64,000 bases of DNA from Macrostomum hystrix (GCA_950097015.1 CATNEN010000002.1:4960001-5024000), one strand, 5' to 3'; shown: positions 34,823 through 47,640, counted from the stretch's first letter. The notes: generated by a model from the letters alone, not told the origin. Numbers and translations are program-made.

Positions 34823-37800
34823 TTAAACATAGTTCTCAATCGCCTCCATGTGGGACTCGATGTGGGGTGACAGAGGCGACGCTACGTAGGTCGGCTGCTG
34901 CTGAAGGCTGTAAAACGCGCCGCTACCGTCAAATCCGCCGCCGACGCCGCCGCCGCCGCCGCCACCGCCGCTGACGATGCGAAATCCATTGGGAAAGGCA
35001 AACGCTGTCTCGCCATGGCTTGCGACTGGGGCGGTCGCCATGACAGCCGGAGCCGACGCGGGCACCGCCGCCGACGACGACGAAGTCGCCGGGACGACGC
35101 TGAAGCCGCTGCGGCTGCTGGCAAGGGAGATGCGGCTGTTGTACCTCACCAGCTCGGTGCCTACTGGAGTCTCCGACTGAACCAAATCGGGCGTCAGGAT
35201 TCGATGATGGTGATTCGGTATCGACGGCGGCTGCTGCTGCTGCTGCTGGCTATTCAGGGAGCCGTTGCTCGTACCATTTAGTCGTTGTCGAGAAGCAGCA
35301 GCAGAGGCAGCCATCATCAGCATATGATGATGCTGCTGCTGCTGCTGCTGCTGCTGGAGTAGATACTGATTCTGCCCTGCCAGGTGATAATAAGACGGGG
35401 GCAGGTGCTGTGGCGCGTCTTGTGCGGAGAGCCTCGACCCGGGCGAGAAGCCGCCGCCACCGCCGCCGTTGCCGCAGCCGCAGTCGGAGAGCGGCGGCGG
35501 AGGGCAATAGTAGCCGTCCTGGGACAGGCTGGACCTGTAGCCCAGCTGCACCGCCTGCCCACACACGGGCGCTCCCACAGCTGCGGCTGGCGACCCGCCC
35601 GACCCGTTTGTGACGTCGCTGGAGTTGGTCGAGCGCATCGACTTGTTTACGCCGGGGCCGCTGCGCCGGCACTGCAGGATGGCCGTGACAATGACGGCCG
35701 CCAGCAGGATGGCCACAATGACGGCGCTGCCGATGGAGATGCCCAGAACGATTTCAAAGGACAATCCGGCCGTTGAGGTGCTCGCCTGGGTGGTCGCGGC
35801 TGCTGCCAGACGAGCGTCAAAAGTTCGAGTCTCGTAGACAGAGACCTGGCCGTCCAGCACCAGCAGGGAGAAGCTGTAGGCCGCGTCCGGGTCGGGCAGG
35901 AGGACGCTGGCGCGGCCAGAGCGGACCTCGGAGTCGAGCATCTGGCGCAGGACGCAGCCCGGGCTGCAGAGCTTCACGTAGACGGCGGTGTAGTACGGAG
36001 ACAACGGCGCGGTGAACTGAATCTCCAGGTGCCCGGAGCTCAACTGGGCGGCCACTGAAGCGTCCGGGATCAGCGGCAGCTTGCGGGTTGTCAACGCAAC
36101 CTCGTCAGTGAAGGGGCTCACGTTAATGGCGCCTCCGTAGAAGTTCTCAGCGCGAACTCGCGCGTAGTAAGTAGCCTGCGACTCCAGCGCAGTGATGGTC
36201 TCGGTGACCGGCAGACCCAGGCCCGGATCCCGGAGTCCCGTCTTCTGATTGGCTGGGCTCCACACTAAACTGCCAAGCGGGCGCCACTGCAGCGTGAACG
36301 TCTGCTCGAAGCCGCCGTTGAACTCGCTCCGCCATCGCAGCTGGGCTGAGACGGCCGTGGCATTCAACACCTGCAAGCCCGTGGGTATCGCAGGCGGACC
36401 TGGCCGGTTCAGACTGAAGGTGAAGTCGCGCGTTCCGACCGAGTTTGCCACCGAGCAGACGTAGTTTCCATAGTCGGCGGAGGTCACCTCCGGCACTAGC
36501 AGACTGAATGTCTGGTTAATCAAATTGGTGACGATCTTTAGTCGCGAGTCGATCGTCTGCTTGGTGCCGTCGACTCCAAGTCGATGCCATGTGGCCAGCG
36601 TTGGCGGCGGGTTCGACGCGACCCGCAAAGTCATGGCGGCCGGCTGGCTGAGCGCCGAGGACACGATCGCCTGCGTGCCGGGCCAGGCCACCGGAGCGAA
36701 GGTCAGGTTGAGCGAAGCGGAGCCAATCGCCGAGCCGCCCAGCGAGCTAACTGAGCACTGATAGAAACCGTTGTCCGCCGAAGTGGCGCTCGAGATGATC
36801 AAGCTTGACATGCCGTTCACCAGGGTGGTCCAGGCGCCGCTGGCATTCTGATGTCGCCAGACATAGGTAAATTTTCCGCTTGACGGAGACGGATTCCCGC
36901 CGGTTGCTAGGCAGTTCAGTGTGATGGAGTCGCCTTCGCGAGGCGCTTCCGGCGATACTGAAACACTGACGCTTGGAGGGTACATGACGTTCAGGGAGCT
37001 CGACTTGGACAGGTCGCTTATTGGGGCATTGTTGTAGACAATGACGCACCTGTAGACTATGCCGCTGTCGGAACGACTGGTTCGCGTCACCAGCAGACGG
37101 CTAGTGACCTTCGTGCCGCGGTACTCGGCCGGTTCCGCCGAGGCCACGGCTTCCATCGTCATGTTCTCGTTTGACCCGCCTGAGGCCAGACGGAACCAGT
37201 TCACGCGAGCTGCCGGGTTCGCCGAGCCGGCCAGGCACTGGAGGGTCAGGCCGGTGTTCTCCAGCACCCCGTCTGACGGGCTGGACGTCAGCTCGGAGCT
37301 GGCCGGCGGAAATGTCACCTCGAGATCGACGTCTTTGCGGCCAATTTCGCGCGCTTCGTACAGCAGAATGCAGCGGAATTTGTAGCCGTTGAGGCTGCGG
37401 TCAACCGCAATGTCCAGGCGGCTCTGCAGCTGTTTGCCGTTGTTTGGACCGTCAGTCGGCATGACGGTCACCCGGCTGTCCGTGATCTGCTCCTGCAGAC
37501 CCAGCGGGCTGATGGAGTACCAGACGGCAGAGCTGGGCGGGTTGCTGCTGGAGGTGCTGGCGCAGGTGTACTGCTTGCCGGGGCCTCCTGAAGTGGCGGG
37601 ACCCGGCGGCTGTTCCAGCATGCTGATGCCGCCCGGAGGGAAGAACACGGAGTAGGCAATTGGCGCACTCCAGATCTCCGTTCCGATGATGCCGATGCTC
37701 TCAGCTTTGCAGTAGAACTTGGCCGAGTTGTCCGCAGCCTCCAGGGTGACGGTGGCCGCCGATGGTAGCTCCTCGCGAGCCTGGCCTAGCCGCTCGCGGT

Positions 37801-38596
37801 AGAATCGTTTCAACGGCTGAGGTTTGCCGCCGTCGACCTGGCAGGCGAAGGTCACGGAGACGCCAGCCTGGAGCGGCGAGGCGAGGCTGGCGGTCAGCCG
37901 GACGGAGGTCGGCGGATAGTTGACCGTCAGGCCGACTTCTCGAGAGGTTGTCGCGCCGACTTCGTTCTCGACAGTGCAGGAATAGACGGCGTCGTCTGTG
38001 CGCTTGGCGTCAAAGATCGCCAGCCGGGATGCTGTGGCATTCACCATTGAGCTGGAGTGCGGAATGTTCAGACCGTCTCGACGCGTCCAGTTGAACCGCA
38101 GGCCACCCACTGTCGACTGGGCAACGCAAGTCGCGGTCGAAGATTGAGTCTCAACGATAACTGAGGCACTGAACGCCAGGGACTCGATGACCGGACTGGG
38201 GTAGACTGTCAAGGTCATTGGGGTGCTCACGGTAGACATGTGCCTGCAGCCCCAGTCGCCGCTGAATAAGGTGTCAAGCAGCTGCAGGCGGTAGCTGTAG
38301 ATCCAGGTGTTGCCGGAGCGGGACTCGCTGCACGTGACCCTCAGGAGGCGCGGCTCCTCAGCGCACAGGCTGGGGTTCGCGCAGATTCTGTTGCAGTTCT
38401 CGAAGCAGCTAGTCCCCACCTTGGCTAGCGGGCACAGCAGTCGGGCGGACAGCGCCGGCTCTTTGTTATCCACCCGGCAGGTGAAGCTGACGGTTGCTCC
38501 AGCCGGCTGTTTGGTGGCCGAGTCAAACCCGCCGCTGACGCTAATCTGGGCGAAAGCGCGGCTGAGAACAGTCAGCAACAGCAGCAGCTGCAGCAT
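34823..38596 (-). CDS. Single-exon type-I Ig-superfamily adhesion receptor (7 Ig + 1-2 FN3 + TM + Q/H-rich tail), nephrin/echinoid-like, 1257 aa
   Basis: Signal peptide MLQLLLLLTVLSRAFA. Seven Ig repeats with C...W...DxGxYxC patterns and PP linkers. FN3 PPAIPTGLQV...W..EFNGGFEQTF...YYARVRAEN (the NGGxxQxF motif is typical of the nephrin/Sns/sidestep/echinoid group). TM IVLGISIGSAVIIVAILLAAVIVTAIL; C-terminus -ENYV is PDZ-ligand-like. Acceptor-like CTACAG lies 18 nt upstream of the ATG. Confidence 0.93.
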   Translation of the reverse strand: MLQLLLLLTVLSRAFAQISVSGGFDSATKQPAGATVSFTCRVDNKEPALSARLLCPLAKVGTSCFENCNRICANPSLCAEEPRLLRVTCSESRSGNTWIYSYRLQLLDTLFSGDWGCRHMSTVSTPMTLTVYPSPVIESLAFSASVIVETQSSTATCVAQSTVGGLRFNWTRRDGLNIPHSSSMVNATASRLAIFDAKRTDDAVYSCTVENEVGATTSREVGLTVNYPPTSVRLTASLASPLQAGVSVTFACQVDGGKPQPLKRFYRERLGQAREELPSAATVTLEAADNSAKFYCKAESIGIIGTEIWSAPIAYSVFFPPGGISMLEQPPGPATSGGPGKQYTCASTSSSNPPSSAVWYSISPLGLQEQITDSRVTVMPTDGPNNGKQLQSRLDIAVDRSLNGYKFRCILLYEAREIGRKDVDLEVTFPPASSELTSSPSDGVLENTGLTLQCLAGSANPAARVNWFRLASGGSNENMTMEAVASAEPAEYRGTKVTSRLLVTRTSRSDSGIVYRCVIVYNNAPISDLSKSSSLNVMYPPSVSVSVSPEAPREGDSITLNCLATGGNPSPSSGKFTYVWRHQNASGAWTTLVNGMSSLIISSATSADNGFYQCSVSSLGGSAIGSASLNLTFAPVAWPGTQAIVSSALSQPAAMTLRVASNPPPTLATWHRLGVDGTKQTIDSRLKIVTNLINQTFSLLVPEVTSADYGNYVCSVANSVGTRDFTFSLNRPGPPAIPTGLQVLNATAVSAQLRWRSEFNGGFEQTFTLQWRPLGSLVWSPANQKTGLRDPGLGLPVTETITALESQATYYARVRAENFYGGAINVSPFTDEVALTTRKLPLIPDASVAAQLSSGHLEIQFTAPLSPYYTAVYVKLCSPGCVLRQMLDSEVRSGRASVLLPDPDAAYSFSLLVLDGQVSVYETRTFDARLAAAATTQASTSTAGLSFEIVLGISIGSAVIVAILLAAVIVTAILQCRRSGPGVNKSMRSTNSSDVTNGSGGSPAAAVGAPVCGQAVQLGYRSSLSQDGYYCPPPPLSDCGCGNGGGGGGFSPGSRLSAQDAPQHLPPSYYHLAGQNQYLLQQQQQQQQHHHMLMMAASAAASRQRLNGTSNGSLNSQQQQQQPPSIPNHHHRILTPDLVQSETPVGTELVRYNSRISLASSRSGFSVVPATSSSSAAVPASAPAVMATAPVASHGETAFAFPNGFRIVSGGGGGGGGVGGGFDGSGAFYSLQQQPTYVASPLSPHIESHMEAIENYV

Positions 38597-39689
38597 CTCA
38601 AGTCGCTAACCGCTCTGTAGTGTTTCTGTCTTGGGTTTCTAAATCAGGCAAGCGGGCAGACTTGTAACATGCGAGAACTGCCAGAGCTGGCGCTAGTATG
38701 AGAACCTCGCGAAGCTAGTTTTATTTGTTAATTTTCGTCTCTCTACGGCCAGAACAGTTGATGAGCTTTAGAACAATGGCCGCTGGGTGAGAATGCTGGT
38801 TGGGCTTGAGTTGAGTTGGGTTTGAGACTGCGAATGTTTGTCTGCCACAGTCCTGCTTTGCTCTGTCTCTCCGTCTCTCTTGGGTCTTCACTGTGCTTCA
38901 CTTTCTCAGCGGTTGCGAGTCTATGGCTTCGGCAGAAGTTTTTCTGTGCAATTACGCAACTGCCTGCACCGCCTCCTCGTTGTTGCCGTGTTGTTGGCCT
39001 TTAAGATGGTTGAAATAACCACACATAATCGGCAGAATGGGAGGCTCTGGTTGGCTAGCCAATGGCTGCACAGCAGGGCTAATAGTATCTACAGACGCAA
39101 GTTGTCGACTTACCAGCCCATCATTATCCCCCCGGTGTTTTCCTCTCTCTCTCCTTCTGTGCCGGCTTCGAACCCTCGCCCGTCGGCGCATTCTCGATAT
39201 CATCTTAGAAACATTCTTCTTTTTTCTAGAAATCTGTCTGCAGCCAGGCTGGAGCCGGGAAACTAAGAAAATGGAAGCTTAGAATAAGTTTTGTTCCCAG
39301 ACTGCACACGGACCTTTCATTAGCTGCATACTCGGGGCATTGGGGCAGAAGGGAGACTTGATAAGCTTTAGTGTGCAAGTCAGGAACAGAAAATTTAGGC
39401 GCCGCCTTCAGCACAGCAGGCGGTTGGCAACTACAAAATTCTGTAGTTGCATTTCTATAGGCATATCTGATTGCATTAATAGTGTATAGGCTCCAATTCC
39501 AATGATATTTTCTTCCGCAGACGGTATTCAAGTAATTTGGCTGGGCACATGATCGGTGGTTATCAAGGTGCAAAAGGTGTAATGAAACAAGTGCACATTT
39601 ACTACTGCCTGTCTTATCGAATTTGGCTCCAAGATTGTTAAGGAGGATCAAAATCGGTGAGATTTAGTGCGAGATTAAGAGGGATATGA

Positions 39690-42600
39690 GTGAGATTAGG
39701 GGACAGATTAAGGATGAGAATGAGTGAGAGATTGAGCGAGAGATTAAGGATTAAAATGAGTGAAAGATTGAGCGAGAGATTAAGGATGAGAATGAGGGAG
39801 GGATTGAGAGAGAGATTAAGGATTAAAATGAGTGAGAGATTGAGCGAGAGATTAAGGATGAGAATGAGTGAGAGATTGAGCGAGAGATTAAGGATTAAAA
39901 TGAGTGAAAGATTGAGCGAGAGATTAAGGATGAGAATGAGGGAGGGATTGAGAGAGAGATTAAGGATTAAAATGAGTGAAAGATTGAGCGAGAGATTAAG
40001 GATGAGAATGAGTGAGAGATTCAGCGAGAGATTAAGGATGAGAATGAGGGAGAGATTCAGCGAGAGAATAAGGATGAGAATGAGTGAGAGATTCAGCGAG
40101 AGATTAAGGATGAGAATGAGGGAGGGATTGAGAGAGAGATTAAGGATGAGAATGAGTGAGAGATTGAGCGACAGATTAAGGATGAGAATGAGGGAGGGAT
40201 TGAGAGAGAGATTAAGGATGAGAATGAGTGAGAGATTGAGCGAGAGATTAAGGATGAGAATGAGTGAGAGATTCAGCGAGAGATTAAGGATGAGAATGAG
40301 GGAGGGATTGAGAGAGAGATTAAGGATGAGAATGAGTGAGAGATTGAGCGAGAGATTAAGGATGAGAATGAGGGAGGGATTGAGAGAGAGATTAAGGATG
40401 AGAATGAGTGAGAGATTCAGCGAGAGATTAAGGATGAGAATGAGTGAGAGATTGAGCGAGAGATTAAGGATGAGAATGAGGGAGGGATTGAGAGAGAGAT
40501 TAAGGATGAGAATGAGTGAGAGATTCAGCGAGAGATTAAGGATGAGAATGAGTGAGAGATTGAGCGAGAGATTAAGGATGAGAATGAGGGAGAGATTGAG
40601 CGAGAGATTAAGGATGAGAATGAGTGAGAGATTGAGCGAGAGATTAAGGATGAGAATGAGTGAGAGATTCAGCGAGAGATTAAGGATGAGAATGAGGGAG
40701 AGATTGAGCGAGAGATTAAGGATGAGAATGAGTGAGAGATTCAGCGAGAGATTAAGGATGAGAATGAGGGAGAGATTGAGCGAGAGATTAAGGATGAGAA
40801 TGAGTGAGAGATTGAGCGAGAGATTAAGGATGAGAATGAGTGAGAGATTGAGCGAGAGATTAAGGATGAGAATGAGGGAGAGATTGAGCGAGAGATTAAG
40901 GATGAGAATGAGTGAGAGATTGAGCGAGGGATTAAGGATGAGAATGAGTGAGAGATTCAGCGAGAGATTGGACATGAGAATGAGGGAGAGATTGAGCGAG
41001 AGATTAGGGATGAGAATGAGTGAGAGATTCAGCGAGAGATTAAGGATGAGAATGAGTGAGAGATTGAGCGAGAGATTAAGGATGAGAATGAGGGAGGGAT
41101 TGAGAGAGAGATTAAGGATGAGAATGAGTGAGAGATTCAGCGAGAGATTAAGGATGAGAATGAGTGAGAGATTGAGCGAGAGATTAAGGATGAGAATGAG
41201 GGAGAGATTGAGCGAGAGATTAAGGATGAGAATGAGTGAGAGATTGAGTGAGAGATTGGGGATGAGAATGAGTGAGAGATTGAGTGAGAGATTAAGGATG
41301 AGAATGAGTGAGAGATTGAGCGAGAGATTAAGGATGAGAATGAGGGAGAGATTGAGCGAGAGATTAAGGATGAGAATGAGTGAGAGATTGAGCGAGAGAT
41401 TAAGGATGAGAATGAGTGAGAGATTGAGCGAGAGATTAAGGATGAGAATGAGTGAGAGATTGAGCGAGAGATTAAGGATGAGAATGAGTGAGAGATTGAG
41501 CGAGAGATTAAGGATGAGAATGAGGGAGAGATTGAGTGAGAGATTGGGGATGAGAATGAGTGAGAGATTGAGTGAGAGATTAAGGATGAGAATGAGGGAG
41601 AGATTGAGTGAGAGATTGGGGATGAGAATGAGTGAGAGATTCAGCGAGAGATTAAGGATGAGAATGAGTGAGAGATTGAGCGAGAGATTAAGGATGAGAA
41701 TGAGTGAGAGATTGAGCGAGAGATTAAGGATGAGAATGAGGGAGAGATTGAGCGAGAGATTAAGGATGAGAATGAGGGAGAGATTGAGCGAGAGATTAAG
41801 GATGAGAATGAGTGAGAGATTGAGCGAGAGATTAAGGATGAGAATGAGGGAGAGATTGAGTGAGAGATTGGGGATGAGAATGAGTGAGAGATTGAGCGAG
41901 AGATTAAGGATGAGAATGAGTGAGAGATTGAGTGAGAGATTGGGGATGAGAATGAGTGAGAGATTCAGCGAGAGATTAAGGATGAGAATGAGTGAGAGAT
42001 TGAGCGAGAGATTAAGGATGAGAATGAGTGAGAGATTGAGCGAGAGATTAAGGATGAGAATGAGGGAGAGATTGAGCGAGAGATTAAGGATGAGAATGAG
42101 GGAGAGATTGAGCGAGAGATTAAGGATGAGAATGAGTGAGAGATTCAGCGAGAGATTAAGGATGAGAATGAGTGAGAGATTGAGCGAGAGATTAAGGATG
42201 AGAATGAGTGAGAGATTGAGCGAGAGATTAAGGATGAGAATGAGTGAGAGATTCAGCGAGAGATTAAGGATGAGAATGAGGGAGAGATTGAGCGAGAGAT
42301 TAAGGATGAGAATGAGTGAGAGATTCAGCGAGAGATTAAGGATGAGAATGAGGGAGAGATTGAGTGAGAGATTGGGGATGAGAATGAGTGAGAGATTGAG
42401 TGAGAGATTAAGGATGAGAATGAGGGAGAGATTGAGTGAGAGATTGGGGATGAGAATGAGTGAGAGATTCAGCGAGAGATTAAGGATGAGAATGAGTGAG
42501 AGATTGAGTGAGAGATTAAGGATGAGAATGAGGGAGAGATTGAGTGAGAGATTGGGGATGAGAATGAGTGAGAGATTCAGCGAGAGATTAAGGATGAGAA

Positions 42601-45600
42601 TGAGTGAGAGATTGAGCGAGAGATTAAGGATGAGAATGAGGGAGAGATTGAGCGAGAGATTAAGGATGAGAATGAGTGAGAGATTGAGCGAGAGATTAAG
42701 GATGAGAATGAGTGAGAGATTCAGCGAGAGATTAAGGATGAGAATGAGGGAGAGATTGAGCGAGAGATTAAGGATGAGAATGAGTGAGAGATTCAGCGAG
42801 AGATTAAGGATGAGAATGAGGGAGAGATTGAGCGAGAGATTAAGGATGAGAATGAGTGAGAGATTCAGCGAGAGATTAAGGATGAGAATGAGGGAGAGAT
42901 TGAGCGAGAGATTAAGGATGAGAATGAGTGAGAGATTGAGCGAGAGATTAAGGATGAGAATGAGTGAGAGATTGAGCGAGAGATTAAGGATGAGAATGAG
43001 GGAGAGATTGAGCGAGAGATTAAGGATGAGAATGAGTGAGAGATTGAGCGAGGGATTAAGGATGAGAATGAGTGAGAGATTCAGCGAGAGATTGGACATG
43101 AGAATGAGGGAGAGATTGAGCGAGAGATTAGGGATGAGAATGAGTGAGAGATTCAGCGAGAGATTAAGGATGAGAATGAGTGAGAGATTGAGCGAGAGAT
43201 TAAGGATGAGAATGAGGGAGGGATTGAGAGAGAGATTAAGGATGAGAATGAGTGAGAGATTCAGCGAGAGATTAAGGATGAGAATGAGTGAGAGATTGAG
43301 CGAGAGATTAAGGATGAGAATGAGGGAGAGATTGAGCGAGAGATTAAGGATGAGAATGAGTGAGAGATTGAGTGAGAGATTGGGGATGAGAATGAGTGAG
43401 AGATTGAGTGAGAGATTAAGGATGAGAATGAGTGAGAGATTGAGCGAGAGATTAAGGATGAGAATGAGGGAGAGATTGAGTGAGAGATTGGGGATGAGAA
43501 TGAGGGAGAGATTGAGCGAGAGATTAAGGATGAGAATGAGTGAGAGATTGAGCGAGAGATTAAGGATGAGAATGAGGGAGAGATTGAGCGAGAGATTAAG
43601 GATGAGAATGAGTGAGAGATTGAGCGAGAGATTAAGGATGAGAATGAGTGAGAGATTGAGCGAGAGATTAAGGATGAGAATGAGTGAGAGATTGAGCGAG
43701 AGATTAAGGATGAGAATGAGTGAGAGATTGAGCGAGAGATTAAGGATGAGAATGAGGGAGAGATTGAGTGAGAGATTGGGGATGAGAATGAGTGAGAGAT
43801 TGAGTGAGAGATTAAGGATGAGAATGAGGGAGAGATTGAGTGAGAGATTGGGGATGAGAATGAGTGAGAGATTCAGCGAGAGATTAAGGATGAGAATGAG
43901 TGAGAGATTGAGCGAGAGATTAAGGATGAGAATGAGTGAGAGATTGAGCGAGAGATTAAGGATGAGAATGAGGGAGAGATTGAGCGAGAGATTAAGGATG
44001 AGAATGAGGGAGAGATTGAGCGAGAGATTAAGGATGAGAATGAGTGAGAGATTCAGCGAGAGATTAAGGATGAGAATGAGGGAGAGATTGAGCGAGAGAT
44101 TAAGGATTAAAATGAGTGAAAGATTGAGCGAGAGATTAAGGATGAGAATGAGGGAGGGATTGAGAGAGAGATTAAGGATTAAAATGAGTGAGAGATTGAG
44201 TGAGAGATTAAGGATGAGAATGAGGGAGAGATTGAGTGAGAGATTGGGGATGAGAATGAGTGAGAGATTCAGCGAGAGATTAAGGATGAGAATGAGTGAG
44301 AGATTGAGCGAGAGATTAAGGATGAGAATGAGGGAGAGATTGAGCGAGAGATTAAGGATGAGAATGAGTGAGAGATTGAGCGAGAGATTAAGGATGAGAA
44401 TGAGTGAGAGATTCAGCGAGAGATTAAGGATGAGAATGAGGGAGAGATTGAGCGAGAGATTAAGGATGAGAATGAGTGAGAGATTCAGCGAGAGATTAAG
44501 GATGAGAATGAGGGAGAGATTGAGCGAGAGATTAAGGATGAGAATGAGTGAGAGATTGAGCGAGAGATTAAGGATGAGAATGAGTGAGAGATTGAGCGAG
44601 AGATTAAGGATGAGAATGAGGGAGAGATTGAGCGAGAGATTAAGGATGAGAATGAGTGAGAGATTGAGCGAGAGATTAAGGATGAGAATGAGTGAGAGAT
44701 TCAGCGAGAGATTGGGGATGAGAATGAGGGAGAGATTGAGCGAGAGATTAGGGATGAGAATGAGTGAGAGATTCAGCGAGAGATTAAGGATGAGAATGAG
44801 GGAGAGATTGAGCGAGAGATTAAGGATGAGAATGAGTGAGAGATTGAGCGAGAGATTAAGGATGAGAATGAGGGAGAGATTGAGTGAGAGATTGGGGATG
44901 AGAATGAGTGAGAGATTGAGTGAGAGATTAAGGAGGAGAATGAGGGAGAGATTGAGTGAGAGATTGGGGATGAGAATGAGTGAGAGATTGAGTGAGAGAT
45001 TAAGGATGAGAATGAGTGAGAGATTGAGCGAGAGTTTAAGGATGAGAATGAGGGAGAGATTGAGTGAGAGATTGGGGATGAGAATGAGGGAGAGATTGAG
45101 CGAGAGATTAGGGATGAGAATGAGCGAGAGATTGAGCGAGAGATTAAGGATGAGAATGAGGGAGAGATTGAGCGAGAGACTAGGGATGAGAATGAGTGAG
45201 AGATTAAGGATGAGAATGAGTGAGATATTGAGCGAGAGATTAAGGATGAGAATGAGGGAGGGATTGAGCGAGAGATTAAGGATGAGAATGAGTGAGAGAT
45301 TGAGCGAGAGATTAAGGATGAGAATGAGTGAGAGATTGAGCGAGAGATTAAGGATGAGAATGAGTGAGAGATTGAGCGAGAGATTAAGGATGAGAATGAG
45401 GGAGAGATTGAGTGAGAGATTGGGGATGAGAATGAGTGAGAGATTGAGTGAGAGATTAAGGATGAGAATGAGGGAGAGATTGAGTGAGAGATTGGGGATG
45501 AGAATGAGTGAGAGATTGAGTGAGAGATTAAGGATGAGAATGAGTGAGAGATTGAGCGAGAGATTAAGGATGAGAATGAGGGAGAGATTGAGTGAGAGAT

Positions 45601-47640
45601 TGGGGATGAGAATGAGGGAGAGATTGAGCGAGAGATTAAGGATGAGAATGAGTGAGAGATTGAGCGAGAGATTAAGGATGAGAATGAGGGAGAGATTGAG
45701 CGAGAGATTAAGGATGAGAATGAGTGAGAGATTGAGCGAGAGATTAAGGATGAGAATGAGTGAGAGATTGAGCGAGAGATTAAGGATGAGAATGAGTGAG
45801 AGATTGAGCGAGAGATTAAGGATGAGAATGAGTGAGAGATTGAGCGAGAGATTAAGGATGAGAATGAGGGAGAGATTGAGTGAGAGATTGGGGATGAGAA
45901 TGAGTGAGAGATTGAGTGAGAGATTAAGGATGAGAATGAGGGAGAGATTGAGTGAGAGATTGGGGATGAGAATGAGTGAGAGATTCAGCGAGAGATTAAG
46001 GATGAGAATGAGTGAGAGATTGAGCGAGAGATTAAGGATGAGAATGAGTGAGAGATTGAGCGAGAGATTAAGGATGAGAATGAGGGAGAGATTGAGCGAG
46101 AGATTAAGGATGAGAATGAGGGAGAGATTGAGCGAGAGATTAAGGATGAGAATGAGTGAGAGATTGAGCGAGAGATTAAGGATGAGAATGAGGGAGAGAT
46201 TGAGCGAGAGATTAAGGATGAGAATGAGTGAGAGATTCAGCGAGAGATTAAGGATGAGAATGAGGGAGAGATTGAGTGAGAGATTGGGGATGAGAATGAG
46301 TGAGAGATTGAGTGAGAGATTAAGGATGAGAATGAGGGAGAGATTGAGTGAGAGATTGGGGATGAGAATGAGTGAGAGATTCAGCGAGAGATTAAGGATG
46401 AGAATGAGTGAGAGATTGAGTGAGAGATTAAGGATGAGAATGAGGGAGAGATTGAGTGAGAGATTGGGGATGAGAATGAGTGAGAGATTCAGCGAGAGAT
46501 TAAGGATGAGAATGAGTGAGAGATTGAGCGAGAGTTTAAGGATGAGAATGAGGGAGGGATTGAGCGAGAGATTAAGGATGAGAATGAGTGAGAGATTGAG
46601 CGAGAGATTAAGGATGAGAATGGGGGAGAGATTGAGCGAGAGATTAAGGATGAGAATGAGGGAGAGATTGAGCGAGAGATTAAGGATGAGAATGAGGGAG
46701 AGATTGAGCGAGAGATTAAGGATGAGAATGAGTGAGAGATTCAGCGAGAGATTAAGGATGAGAATGAGGGAGAGATTGAGTGAGAGATTGGGGATGAGAA
46801 TGAGTGAGAGATTGAGTGAGAGATTAAGGATGAGAATGAGGGAGAGATTGAGTGAGAGATTGGGGATGAGAATGAGTGAGAGATTCAGCGAGAGATTAAG
46901 GATGAGAATGAGTGAGAGATTGAGTGAGAGATTAAGGATGAGAATGAGGGAGAGATTGAGTGAGAGATTGGGGATGAGAATGAGTGAGAGATTCAGCGAG
47001 AGATTAAGGATGAGAATGAGTGAGAGATTGAGCGAGAGTTTAAGGATGAGAATGAGGGAGGGATTGAGCGAGAGATTAAGGATGAGAATGAGTGAGAGAT
47101 TGAGCGAGAGATTAAGGATGAGAATGGGGGAGAGATTGAGCGAGAGATTAAGGATGAGAATGAGGGAGAGATTGAGCGAGAGATTAGGGATGAGAATGAG
47201 TGAGATTTTAAGGATGAGAATGAGTGAGAGATTGAGCGAGAGATTAAGGATGAAAATGAGTGAGAGATTCAGTGAGAGATTAAGGATGAGAATGAGGGAG
47301 AGATTCAGCGAGAGATTAAGGATGAGAATGAGTGAGAGATTGAGCGAGAGTTTAAGGATGAGAATGAGGGAGGGATTGAGCGAGAGATTAAGGATGAGAA
47401 TGAGTGAGAGATTGAGCGAGAGATTAAGGATGAGAATGGGGGAGAGATTGAGCGAGAGATTAAGGATGAGAATGAGGGAGAGATTGAGCGAGAGATTAGG
47501 GATGAGAATGAGTGAGATTTTAAGGATGAGAATGAGTGAGAGATTGAGCGAGAGATTAGGGATGAGAATGAGTGAGAGATTGAGAGAGAGATTAGGGATG
47601 AGAATGACGGTGAAATTGAGGGAGAGATTGAGAGTGTGAG
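39690..47640. repeat. ~8-kb satellite, 36-bp unit (GAGAGATTAAGGATGAGAATGAGTGAGAGATTGAGC) built from 12-bp sub-repeats
   Basis: About 220 units, with a higher-order duplication (rare GGACATG variant at 40971 and 43095, 2124 bp = 59 units apart). Confidence 0.97.

Noticed and set aside
34882-38609. Many short overlapping or antisense ORFs within the Ig gene; likewise within RPL31, the GTPase and the nuclear receptor
   Set aside because: Shadows of GC-rich coding sequence.
39638-47639. 2649-aa (+) and 1153-aa (-) ORFs as genes
   Set aside because: Pure translation of a 36-bp satellite with no unique domain, signal peptide or splice connection. Kept only as a low-interest check.
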